The notes below the pieces were generated by a model. It had not been told where the DNA came from. It ran no database searches and worked only from the letters and a program-made list of their open reading frames with translations. Positions 17,640-25,891 of a DNA stretch of 64,000 nt are shown piece by piece. The position numbers and the translations under genes were made by a program. The stretch is from an uncultured Desulfobacterales bacterium (GTDB taxonomy: Bacteria > Desulfobacterota > Desulfobacteria > Desulfobacterales > JBDRRP01): contig CAYUOU010000003.1 in assembly GCA_964446485.1 (NCBI GenBank), forward strand, positions 1,730-65,729. Reading direction: 5' to 3'. Position 1 is the stretch's first letter. Each line of letters begins with the position of its first letter.

Positions 17640-19193
17640 TTATCGGATGACCAAGTCCCCGAGATAGGGAAAGTTCATGGTGTTGATGACGGGTTTCACG
17701 TCAATCCCCTTCTTGGCCCCGTAGCTGTGGTTCTGCCAGTGGAAGGGGACGAAGGCGGCCGCGTCGTACTGGATTTTCTCGATGGTCTGGACGATGTCGG
17801 CCCGCTTTTTCAGATCGGTCTCGCTCTGGGCCAGCAGCGTGAGTTTGTCCACCTCGGGATTGCAGTAGTTGCCGCTGTTGTATTGCCCGTAGCCGGTTTC
17901 CTTGTTGGGGCACATGGAGAGAAACTCGTAGAAGTTGCCCGAGTCCTCCGTGTCGGAGTGCCAGCCAATCATTTGAATGTCGGCCGCCTGGGCGTCGAAT
18001 TCGTCCCAGTACTGGGCCTTGGGCATGGTTTTCAAGTTGACCTGGATATTGATGCGCGCCAGCATGGAAACCACCGCCTCGGCGATTTTCTCATCGTTCA
18101 CGTAGCGGTTGTTGGGCGCGATCATGGTGCAGGAGAACCCGTCGGGATAGCCGGCCTCGGCCATCAACCGTTTGGCTTTATTCAGGTCGTAGCGCGGCTT
18201 GAGCGCCGGATGGTAGCCGGCATAGCCCTTCGGGCTCATCTGGCCGGCCGGTGTGGCCGTTCCCTTCATGATCTTTTTGACGATACCCTCGTTATTGATG
18301 GCATGGACGATGGCCTGACGGACGTTGACGTTTTGAAATTCCGCACGGCGTTTCTGGTTGAGCTGGACGGTGATGATGCGGCCCCCCGGATAGGTGTACA
18401 GGTCCACCTTTGAATCTCTCTGCACACGGGCAAAATCCTGTGGGGGCACCGGAGAGATAAAGTCCACATCGCCAGAAAGCAGGGCCGCCACTCGGGTGGC
18501 GTCTTCCTTGATGGGGGTCAACACGATCTGGTCCACATTGCCCGGGGAAGCCTTGTCCCAGTATTCCGTGAAGCGGGCCATCACCATGCGCACGCCCTGC
18601 TCGCGGTAGATGACGCGAAAGGGCCCCGTTCCGGATTCGTTGGTCAGGGCGAATGATGGGCCGATCTTGACGATGGCGTCCTTGGGTTTGTCCATGTCGT
18701 CGTTGCCCGAGTAAAAATCCATATCCATGGGGAAGATGTAGGTGGCCATGTTGAGCAGCAGGGCGTAGGGCTTCTTGGTGACGATGTCCACCGTGTAATC
18801 GTCAACGATATTCACCCCTTCGAAGGGTTCAAAAAGCCCCTTGAAATCGATGCTTTTCTTGAGGCGATCCACCGTGAATTTGACATCCTTGGCGGTGAAC
18901 CTGTTGCCACTGTGAAATTTGACGTCTTTTCTCAGGTAAAACCGCATGGTGAGATCGTCGCGGCGCTCCCACTTTGTGGCCAATCGGGGTTCGAATTTCA
19001 TGTCCTGTGTCCAGCGGACCAGCGGATCGAACACCCAATGGGAGTACTGGAGCATGCCGCCGGAGAGCTGCACATGCGGATCCAAAGAAACCGGATCGGC
19101 ATCCAGACCCAGTTTCAGGGTTTTGGCCGATGCTGCCGGGCCAACGGCCATTGTCATTGCCAATATGGCGAAAACAGCGATCCATTTTCTCAT
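17640..19193 (-). CDS. ABC transporter substrate-binding protein, family 5 (OppA/DppA-like)
   Basis: Signal peptide MRKWIAVFAILAMTMAVGPAASA, then LKLGLDADPVSLDPH typical of SBP_bac_5. Confidence 0.9.
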   Translation of the reverse strand: MRKWIAVFAILAMTMAVGPAASAKTLKLGLDADPVSLDPHVQLSGGMLQYSHWVFDPLVRWTQDMKFEPRLATKWERRDDLTMRFYLRKDVKFHSGNRFTAKDVKFTVDRLKKSIDFKGLFEPFEGVNIVDDYTVDIVTKKPYALLLNMATYIFPMDMDFYSGNDDMDKPKDAIVKIGPSFALTNESGTGPFRVIYREQGVRMVMARFTEYWDKASPGNVDQIVLTPIKEDATRVAALLSGDVDFISPVPPQDFARVQRDSKVDLYTYPGGRIITVQLNQKRRAEFQNVNVRQAIVHAINNEGIVKKIMKGTATPAGQMSPKGYAGYHPALKPRYDLNKAKRLMAEAGYPDGFSCTMIAPNNRYVNDEKIAEAVVSMLARINIQVNLKTMPKAQYWDEFDAQAADIQMIGWHSDTEDSGNFYEFLSMCPNKETGYGQYNSGNYCNPEVDKLTLLAQSETDLKKRADIVQTIEKIQYDAAAFVPFHWQNHSYGAKKGIDVKPVINTMNFPYLGDLVIR

Positions 19194-19566
19194 GGCGTCC
19201 CCCCTTTTCTCGAACAGTCAGTTGAATGCGGATGGTGTGCTTACCCGATGACGAACACCGGTACTTAATAGTCGCCGGCGGGCACGGCGTCAAGAAACAA
19301 AACCAACATCATGTTTTGATTGCTCTTTTTATCGCTTTTGAGGCCGCCGACGACAGACGCTGACGGCAGGTGATGCTGAAAATGCCCGTGAAGGGGGGGC
19401 GTGCCATGGAAGTCGTCGCCGGCCGCGCGCCTCCCGGCAAGATGTCGTACCGCCCCGCCCGGTATCAGCCGCTGCATAAAAATTCCATTGACAGTTGTAA
19501 AAATATTTGAAACGAGACTTCTTTCCGTAAGGTTATGAATGGGAGACAGTCGGTCGGTGACCTCAC

Positions 19567-20199
19567 ATGATCAGCAACATCGATACGGAAGGACATCTAT
19601 TGCACGTGCATCGAATAGAAGTTCACGACAGCATCGAACAATTCAACATCCCTACCATCGCCCAGGCTGTCGATGCGGAGCAGACACCGGAAAAACCTCG
19701 CCTGCGTGAACGGTTCCGGGCGCCGTTTTTTCTGACCTTTTTCATCTCCCTGGCCACCTGGCTTGTGCTGAGTGGGAAATTCGACGTCTTTCACCTTTCC
19801 CTGGGGATTCTCTCCTGCTTCATCGTCGCCTTTTTTTCCGGGAGCATCATGTTCCCCGATCCGGACCTGCCCGGCTACCCGCGCATGGCGTTTCGATTCA
19901 TCATTTACATTCCCTGGTTGCTGTATCAAATTTGGTTGTCCAACTGGCATATGCTTCGGCTGGTTTTCCATCCTAAGATGATGGATCTGATCGATCCGCA
20001 GATCGTTCGCTTCAAGACGGAATTGACCGGGGATGTGGGGCGACTGGCCCTGGCCAATTCCATCACCCTGACGCCCGGCACCATAACCGTGTTCGTCACC
20101 GTCATGGGTTTTTTCACCGTGCACGTCATCGACAAGAAATCGGCCGAGGGGCTGCCGGGCGACATGGAGCGCCGCATCGCCCACATCTACGGAGAATGA
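19567..20199 (+). CDS. mrpE: Mrp/Mnh antiporter subunit E (MbhA-like)
   Basis: FFLTFFISLATWLVLSGKF and ANSITLTPGTITV are MnhE hallmarks. It has an N-terminal extension of about 50 aa. Confidence 0.8.
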   Translation: MISNIDTEGHLLHVHRIEVHDSIEQFNIPTIAQAVDAEQTPEKPRLRERFRAPFFLTFFISLATWLVLSGKFDVFHLSLGILSCFIVAFFSGSIMFPDPDLPGYPRMAFRFIIYIPWLLYQIWLSNWHMLRLVFHPKMMDLIDPQIVRFKTELTGDVGRLALANSITLTPGTITVFVTVMGFFTVHVIDKKSAEGLPGDMERRIAHIYGE

Positions 20200-20495
20200 T
20201 GGAAATCTTTTTCATCGCATCGGCGATCTTTCTAAGCTTCGTTATGGCCCTGTCCCTGATCCGGGCGCTCTACGGTCCCACGGTTTTGGATCGGCTCGTC
20301 GGTGTGAATGCCATCGGCAGCAAAACCGTGGCGCTGCTCATCGTTATCGGTTTGATCTACGACCGGGTGGACATGTTCGTGGATATCGCCATCGCTTACG
20401 CCACGCTCAACTTCATCGCGGTACTGGCCGCATCGCGCTATTTCCAGAAGAAAAAGGGGCTTTACGACGAGGCCACCGGCCAGCGCCGGCATTAG
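20196..20495 (+). CDS. mrpF: Mrp/Mnh antiporter subunit F
   Basis: Carries LIRALYGPTVLDRLVGVNAIGSKTVALL. The start overlaps the mrpE stop. Confidence 0.85.
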   Translation: MMEIFFIASAIFLSFVMALSLIRALYGPTVLDRLVGVNAIGSKTVALLIVIGLIYDRVDMFVDIAIAYATLNFIAVLAASRYFQKKKGLYDEATGQRRH

Positions 20496-20505
20496 GGGAG
20501 GTTTC

Positions 20506-20847
20506 ATGGTGCTCAATAGTGTGGTGATCGTTGTGCTGGGTTTCGGATTGCTGTTCTTTTTTGCCGGGGCCGTCGGCATTCTCCGGTTTCCGGATTTCTA
20601 TTCCCGACTGCATCCGGCCGGCAAACTCGACACCATGGGGCTTTTGATGACCATGTCCGCCATGGCGCTTTACACCCTTCAGCCACTGACGCTCATGGCG
20701 GTACTCACGAGCCTCAAGATCATGCTCATCGTGGTATTCGTCTTTATCACCAGTCCCACGGCCACCCATGCCATCGTAGACGCCGGCGTTCGGGCAGGGC
20801 TCAGCCCGTGGACCAAAACGGTTGAAACCGAAGGAATCGAAGAATGA
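20506..20847 (+). CDS. mrpG: Mrp/Mnh antiporter subunit G
   Basis: Carries FFAGAVGILRFPDFYSRLHPAGKLDTMG. Confidence 0.85.
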   Translation: MVLNSVVIVVLGFGLLFFFAGAVGILRFPDFYSRLHPAGKLDTMGLLMTMSAMALYTLQPLTLMAVLTSLKIMLIVVFVFITSPTATHAIVDAGVRAGLSPWTKTVETEGIEE

Positions 20848-21089
20848 TCTTTCTGTTCGAGTTCATCATTCTGATTCTCGTCGTCATCTGCGGCATCGGC
20901 GCCCTGGCCGTGCGCGACCTTCTGGGCGCCGCCATACTCTTTGGCGCCTACAGTTTTATGATGTGCCTCTTGTGGGCCATCATGGGCGCTGTTGACGTGG
21001 CATTTACCGAGGCGTCGGTGGGGGCCGGGGTGAGCACGGTGTTATTCGTCGCCGCTGTATTTCGGACCACTCGGAGGACCAAGGATTGA
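20844..21089 (+). CDS. MbhD/DUF4040-like small membrane subunit (equivalent to an MrpA C-terminal segment)
   Basis: 81 aa with 3 TM segments. AILFGAYSFMMCLLWAIMGAVDVAFTEASVGAG resembles the DUF4040 core. Its ends overlap both neighbouring genes. Confidence 0.7.
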   Translation: MIFLFEFIILILVVICGIGALAVRDLLGAAILFGAYSFMMCLLWAIMGAVDVAFTEASVGAGVSTVLFVAAVFRTTRRTKD

Positions 21090-21916
21090 AAGTCATTGGG
21101 CTGATCATCGTTGCCGTGCTTGGCGGCTTGCTCATATACGGCACTGTGGATTTCCCGTCGTTTGCAGACCCACAGTCCCCGGCGTCCCAGCATGTTTCCC
21201 CCTACTATATCGAGCATTCCATGGAGGATGCCCACGTGGTTAATGTCGTCACCACCGTCTTGGCCGACTACCGGGGCTACGACACCATGTTCGAGACGGC
21301 GGTGATCTTCGCAGCGGGCATCGCCTGCTTCTTTTTACTCCGGGTCGCACGCCGTCAAAAACCGGAATCGCGTGTCTACCGGCACATTCCGACGGGTATC
21401 ACCATCCGCATCGAAAAGGGAGGCAAGCTCCCCATCGGCTCCAAAGAGTTCGAACGTATCGACAGCCAGTGGGTACCTTACGACGTCATCATCAAAACCG
21501 CCTGCCGGCTGGTCATTCCGTTCATACAGTTGTTCGCCCTGTACGTCATCGCCCACGGCCATTACAGCCCCGGCGGCGGGTTTCAGGGCGGCGTTATTTA
21601 CGGGGCGGCCATCATCCTCTTGGCCTTGTCCACCGATCTTCGCTCCACCATAGGACTCATCGGGGAGAAGGTGACGGCGCTGTTTGCCTCCAGCGGCGTG
21701 CTCATCTATGCCGGCACCGGATTGCTTTGCGTCTTCATGGGCGGGCACTTTCTCAACTACGGTTATTTGGCCGGTATTTTGGGTGTGGACCCGGTCATGG
21801 CCAGGTCCCACGGCATCCTTATCGTCGAGGTGGGCGTCGGCCTGGCGGTCATGGCCGCAATGGTATCTCTCTACTTCATCCTGTCTTCGGCCGGCAGGAT
21901 GGATGAAGGGCTATAG
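21086..21916 (+). CDS. mrpB: MnhB-domain membrane subunit (MbhE/MbhF-like, MrpB)
   Basis: Carries NVVTTVLADYRGYDTMFET and LYVIAHGHYSPGGGFQGG. Confidence 0.8.
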   Translation: MKVIGLIIVAVLGGLLIYGTVDFPSFADPQSPASQHVSPYYIEHSMEDAHVVNVVTTVLADYRGYDTMFETAVIFAAGIACFFLLRVARRQKPESRVYRHIPTGITIRIEKGGKLPIGSKEFERIDSQWVPYDVIIKTACRLVIPFIQLFALYVIAHGHYSPGGGFQGGVIYGAAIILLALSTDLRSTIGLIGEKVTALFASSGVLIYAGTGLLCVFMGGHFLNYGYLAGILGVDPVMARSHGILIVEVGVGLAVMAAMVSLYFILSSAGRMDEGL

Positions 21917-21918
21917 CC

Positions 21919-22314
21919 ATGGACGCGCTGTTTCAAATCGTTGCCGCCAAGGCCAACTTCTGGATCTACATCGTTCTCATGATGATCGGGCTCTGGGCCG
22001 TGATCGTCAAACGGAATCTGGTCAAGAAGATCATCGGCATGAACATCCTGCAGACGGCCATCATCCTTTTCTATGTGTCCATCGCATCCAAGAAAGGCGC
22101 CACGCTGCCCATTCTGGAGATTGACCCCCACGCCGGGGGGCACCATGTCGTCCATGCCGCCGATTATTTCAACCCGCTGCCTCATGTGCTGATGCTCACC
22201 GCCATCGTCGTGTCCGTGGCGACCCTGGGTGTCGCGCTGGCCCTGGCCATCAACATCTACCGACAGTACGGCACCCTCGAAGAGGATGAAATCGCCGAAC
22301 AGATCAGGGGATAA
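21919..22314 (+). CDS. mrpC: Mrp antiporter subunit C (NuoK-like)
   Basis: 131 aa with 3 TM segments, including KKIIGMNILQTAIILFYVS. Confidence 0.8.
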   Translation: MDALFQIVAAKANFWIYIVLMMIGLWAVIVKRNLVKKIIGMNILQTAIILFYVSIASKKGATLPILEIDPHAGGHHVVHAADYFNPLPHVLMLTAIVVSVATLGVALALAINIYRQYGTLEEDEIAEQIRG

Positions 22315-23807
22315 TGAGCATCCACTACCCAGCGCTGATAATTGTGATTCCCCTCATTTTTGCTCTTTTTGTCACCATTGCCGGATGGGGACAGCGGCGC
22401 ATTTGCTTTCCCTTGACGTTGTTCGCCATGGCGGTGTCCCTGGTCTGTGCCATTGGCATGCTGGCGCAGGTGATGGCAACGGGGCCCTTTGAATATCATC
22501 TGGCCGGCTGGCGGCCGCCCATTGGCATCGCCTATCAGGTGGATCACCTCAATGCCCTGGTGCTGGTGGCCGTCGCCGCGGTCGCCCTCTTGAATCTGAT
22601 CGGCAACCGGTCCGCCGTCGAAAAAGATTACGCCGATAAGATCGGCGCTTACTATACCCTGTCCACGCTGTTCGTTACCGGTCTGTTCGGCATCGTCATC
22701 ACCGGGGATGCCTTCAACCTTTTCGTGCTGCTGGAAATCACCGCCATCACCGGCTACGCCCTCATCGGCATCGGCGGGCGGCATGCCCCGCTGGCCAGTC
22801 TCAACTACATTTTCATGGGCACCATCGGCGCGAGTTTTTACCTGCTGGGCGTGGGCTATCTTTATCTCGTGACCGGCACCCTCAACATGGCGGACCTGGC
22901 CGCACGCCTTCCCGATCTCTACGGTTCCAAGGTCGTCATGGCGGCGTTCATCATTTGCATGACCGGCCTGTTCATGAAAATGGCGCTGTTTCCGCTGCAC
23001 GGGTGGCTGCCAAACGCCTACAGCTATGCACCGGGGCCGGTGAGCAGCCTGGTGGCGCCCCTCACCACCAAGGTGATGGTCTATGTGATGGTTCGGGTGG
23101 CGCTATTCGTGTTTCCGGTGGAATTTTCATTCGGAGTCATGCACCTGGCGCCGGTGGTCGTATGGCTGGCCATCATCGCCATGGTGATGGGCGCTCTCAT
23201 GGCGCTGGCACAGACCGAACTCAAGCGCATGCTCAGCTACATTATCGTTGCCGAAGTGGGCTACATGGTGGGCGGCTTTTGGCTGGGCAACCGGATGGGC
23301 ATGTCGGGGGCCATTCTGCACATTGTCAACGATGCCGCCATGACCCTGTGTGTTTTCATGGCCGCAAGCAGCCTGCGGTACCAATACAAGAGCGACCACT
23401 TCGATGCCCTGCGCGGGGCATTTCGGAGAATGCCCGTAACCATGGGGGTGCTGGCCGCCGGCGGATTGTCCATAATCGGCGTGCCGCCCACCTGTGGCTT
23501 TTTCAGCAAGTGGTATCTCATCAATGGCGGCATCGCCGCCGGGCATTATGCCTTCGTCGTCGCCCTGCTCTTCAGCAGCCTGGTCAACGCAGTGCTGTTT
23601 TTCAGGATATTTGAAATCGGATATTTCGAACCCTTCGTGGATCACCACCACGGGCATGGGGCCGCCACCGAAATCATTCAGGAGGCCCCGATGGGGATGG
23701 TTGCCACCATGGTGCTGGTGGCACTGGGACTTGTTGTTCTGGGATTTTACTCTGGTGATATCGTCACCCACGTCATCGATGCGGTGATCCCGACGCAGAT
23801 CATTTAA
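22314..23807 (+). CDS. mrpD: Antiporter-like subunit D (NuoM/N family), copy 1
   Basis: Carries LFVLLEITAITGYALI and GLFMKMALFPLHGWLPNAY, with about 14 TM segments. Confidence 0.85.
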   Translation: MSIHYPALIIVIPLIFALFVTIAGWGQRRICFPLTLFAMAVSLVCAIGMLAQVMATGPFEYHLAGWRPPIGIAYQVDHLNALVLVAVAAVALLNLIGNRSAVEKDYADKIGAYYTLSTLFVTGLFGIVITGDAFNLFVLLEITAITGYALIGIGGRHAPLASLNYIFMGTIGASFYLLGVGYLYLVTGTLNMADLAARLPDLYGSKVVMAAFIICMTGLFMKMALFPLHGWLPNAYSYAPGPVSSLVAPLTTKVMVYVMVRVALFVFPVEFSFGVMHLAPVVVWLAIIAMVMGALMALAQTELKRMLSYIIVAEVGYMVGGFWLGNRMGMSGAILHIVNDAAMTLCVFMAASSLRYQYKSDHFDALRGAFRRMPVTMGVLAAGGLSIIGVPPTCGFFSKWYLINGGIAAGHYAFVVALLFSSLVNAVLFFRIFEIGYFEPFVDHHHGHGAATEIIQEAPMGMVATMVLVALGLVVLGFYSGDIVTHVIDAVIPTQII

Positions 23808-23829
23808 CGAGGCTACTGGCGCCCTTATT

Positions 23830-25311
23830 ATGGAAACGATCATCTCCATCAAACCGCTTGTGGCGGTGCTGCTCTCCCTGCTCCTGCCGGCGGTGCTGGC
23901 CACCGCGCGCTCGGACAATCTGCGTGAGGGATGGACCTTCGTCGTCGCCATCCTCAAATTCGGTCTCATCGCATCCATGGTGCCGGCGGTGCTGTCCGGC
24001 GCCCACATCAGTTGGACGCTGGTATCGCTGTCGCCGGGGCTGACCATTGCATTTCGCGTCGACGCCATGGGGATGCTCTTTGCCCTCGTGTCCTCTTTCT
24101 TGTGGATCATCACCACGATTTACTCCATCGGCTACATGCGGGGGCTCAAAGAACACAGCCAAACCCGATATTTCTGTTTTTTTTCCCTGTCGCTGTCTGC
24201 TGCGGTGGGCGTGGCCTTCTCCGCCAACCTGCTCACCATGTATCTCTTTTACGAAATGTTGTCTTTTGCCACCTATCCGCTGGTCACCCACCACCAAGAC
24301 CGGGAGGCGCGCAGTTCCGGCAGAAAGTACATCGGCTATATCCTGGGCGCTTCTATCGCGTTGGCCCTGCCGGCCATGATCATCGTCTACAGCCTCACGG
24401 GCACCCTCGATTTCGCCGAGACCGGAATCATGTCCGGCACCGGGGCTTCCGCTACGGCCATGGGGGCGTTGCTGCTGATGTTCGTCTTCGGCTTTGCCAA
24501 GGCCGGCGTGATGCCGGTGCACAGTTGGCTGCCGGCCGCCATGGTGGCGCCCACGCCGGTGAGTGCGCTGCTGCACGCCGTGGCCGTGGTCAAGGTGGGG
24601 GTCTTCTGCGTGGTGCGGGTGATGACGGGCGTTTTTGGGGTGGGGTTTCTCAATGGGTTGCATCTCGGCACACTGGTGGCGGCCATCGCCTCGGTCACCA
24701 TTATCGTGGCTTCCCTCATTGCCTTGAGCCAGGACGGATTGAAGCGACGGCTGGCGTTCTCCACGATCGGCCAGCTTTCCTACATCATTCTGGGGGCGGC
24801 GCTGCTCTCGCCCAGCGGGTTGACGGGCAGCCTGCTGCACATCGCCATGCACGCCTTTGGAAAGATCACCCTGTTTTTCTGCGCCGGAGCGATTTTTGTG
24901 GCCACCGGGAAAAAATACATCAGTGAGATGGTCGGTATCGGCAGACGGATGCCCATCACCATGGGGGCGTTTTTCATCGGATCCTTGAGCGTCATTGGCA
25001 TCCCCCCCTGTGGCGGGTTTATCAGCAAGTGGAACCTGGTCATGGGGACCCTGGAATCCGATCAGATCGTTTTCCTGATAGTGCTTCTGGTGAGTTCCAT
25101 CCTCAATGCCGCCTATTTTCTGCCGGTGGTCTATAAGGCCTTTTTCTGCACGGAAGAGGAGTCCATGTTTCCAGGCCCCAGGAAGGAACCGCCGCGGTGG
25201 TGCCTGGTGCCGCCGGTGTTGACGGCGGCGGCATCCATCGCATTGTTCTTTTATCCACAGCCGTTTCTGAACCTGGCCAGAGCGGCAGTGGCGGCGGCGC
25301 TGGGTATGTGA
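23830..25311 (+). CDS. mrpD: Antiporter-like subunit D (NuoM/N family), copy 2
   Basis: Carries LYLFYEMLSFATYPLV and FGFAKAGVMPVHSWLPAAM. Confidence 0.85.
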   Translation: METIISIKPLVAVLLSLLLPAVLATARSDNLREGWTFVVAILKFGLIASMVPAVLSGAHISWTLVSLSPGLTIAFRVDAMGMLFALVSSFLWIITTIYSIGYMRGLKEHSQTRYFCFFSLSLSAAVGVAFSANLLTMYLFYEMLSFATYPLVTHHQDREARSSGRKYIGYILGASIALALPAMIIVYSLTGTLDFAETGIMSGTGASATAMGALLLMFVFGFAKAGVMPVHSWLPAAMVAPTPVSALLHAVAVVKVGVFCVVRVMTGVFGVGFLNGLHLGTLVAAIASVTIIVASLIALSQDGLKRRLAFSTIGQLSYIILGAALLSPSGLTGSLLHIAMHAFGKITLFFCAGAIFVATGKKYISEMVGIGRRMPITMGAFFIGSLSVIGIPPCGGFISKWNLVMGTLESDQIVFLIVLLVSSILNAAYFLPVVYKAFFCTEEESMFPGPRKEPPRWCLVPPVLTAAASIALFFYPQPFLNLARAAVAAALGM

Positions 25312-25499
25312 TGAGCGCGTTGTCTTGCTTTCGATTACACCGGCGGCTGGCATGCGCTGCCGCGATGGAGGGCATCTTGACAGAGGATGAGCATGAAAAA
25401 ATGGTGTTGAGCCATGAACCGGTTCCTGGCTACCGGGTGGCATTTTATGTGGTTCTCCTTGTCGCCTCTGCCTACCTGATGGTCGCTTTTTTACTGTAA
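25311..25499 (+). CDS. Small hypothetical membrane protein (single C-terminal TM)
   Basis: The ATG overlaps the mrpD copy 2 stop. The sequence ends in the hydrophobic AFYVVLLVASAYLMVAFLL. The start is uncertain because an internal Met is possible. Confidence 0.4.
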   Translation: MSALSCFRLHRRLACAAAMEGILTEDEHEKMVLSHEPVPGYRVAFYVVLLVASAYLMVAFLL

Positions 25500-25588
25500 G
25501 CGTCACTGACGGTGGTAGGGTTTTCTTGCCCAAGGGGCGCCCGGCCATTGACGGATGAACGTTGAACATCAAATCCAGAGGTGACGAT

Positions 25589-25852
25589 ATGGGCGAACTC
25601 AAAGTGTTCGATGATCCGAAAAATGTTAAGCGGCTGCTGGTGGTTTTCTTTGGAGCACTGATTGTTCTTTTGGTTGTCGATTTTTTTATTCACAAACACG
25701 CGGATTTCAGCTGGGAGGGCGTGCCTAATTTTTTTGCGGCCTACGGGTTCGTGTCCTGTGTGTTTCTAATCTTCATTGCCAGAATATTACGTCCGATGAT
25801 CAGGCGGGATGAAGATTATTACGAGATATCCCCGGATGAGCGGCCTGATTGA
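25589..25852 (+). CDS. Small hypothetical two-TM membrane protein
   Basis: MGELKVFDDPKNVKRLLVVFFGALIVLLVVDFF...FFAAYGFVSCVFLIFIARIL, with a GAGGTG SD 5 nt upstream of ATG 25589. Confidence 0.55.
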   Translation: MGELKVFDDPKNVKRLLVVFFGALIVLLVVDFFIHKHADFSWEGVPNFFAAYGFVSCVFLIFIARILRPMIRRDEDYYEISPDERPD

Positions 25853-25891
25853 ATAGATGTTAATAATTTTCTTTAGTGATGCGGAAAACAA

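Noticed and set aside
17619-18413. 264-aa plus-strand ORF
   Set aside because: It is antisense to the family-5 substrate-binding protein gene.
19488-19516. Perfect TTGACA upstream of the Mrp cluster
   Set aside because: No acceptable -10 hexamer lies at a 16-18 nt spacing (AACGAG / AAACGA), so no promoter is called.
23800-25602. 600-aa minus-strand ORF, the longest unexplained ORF in the track
   Set aside because: It lies exactly antisense to the well-supported mrpD copy 2 gene. The translation is an R/G/H/Q/P-rich low-complexity string with no motifs. Such open antisense frames are typical of high-GC DNA.
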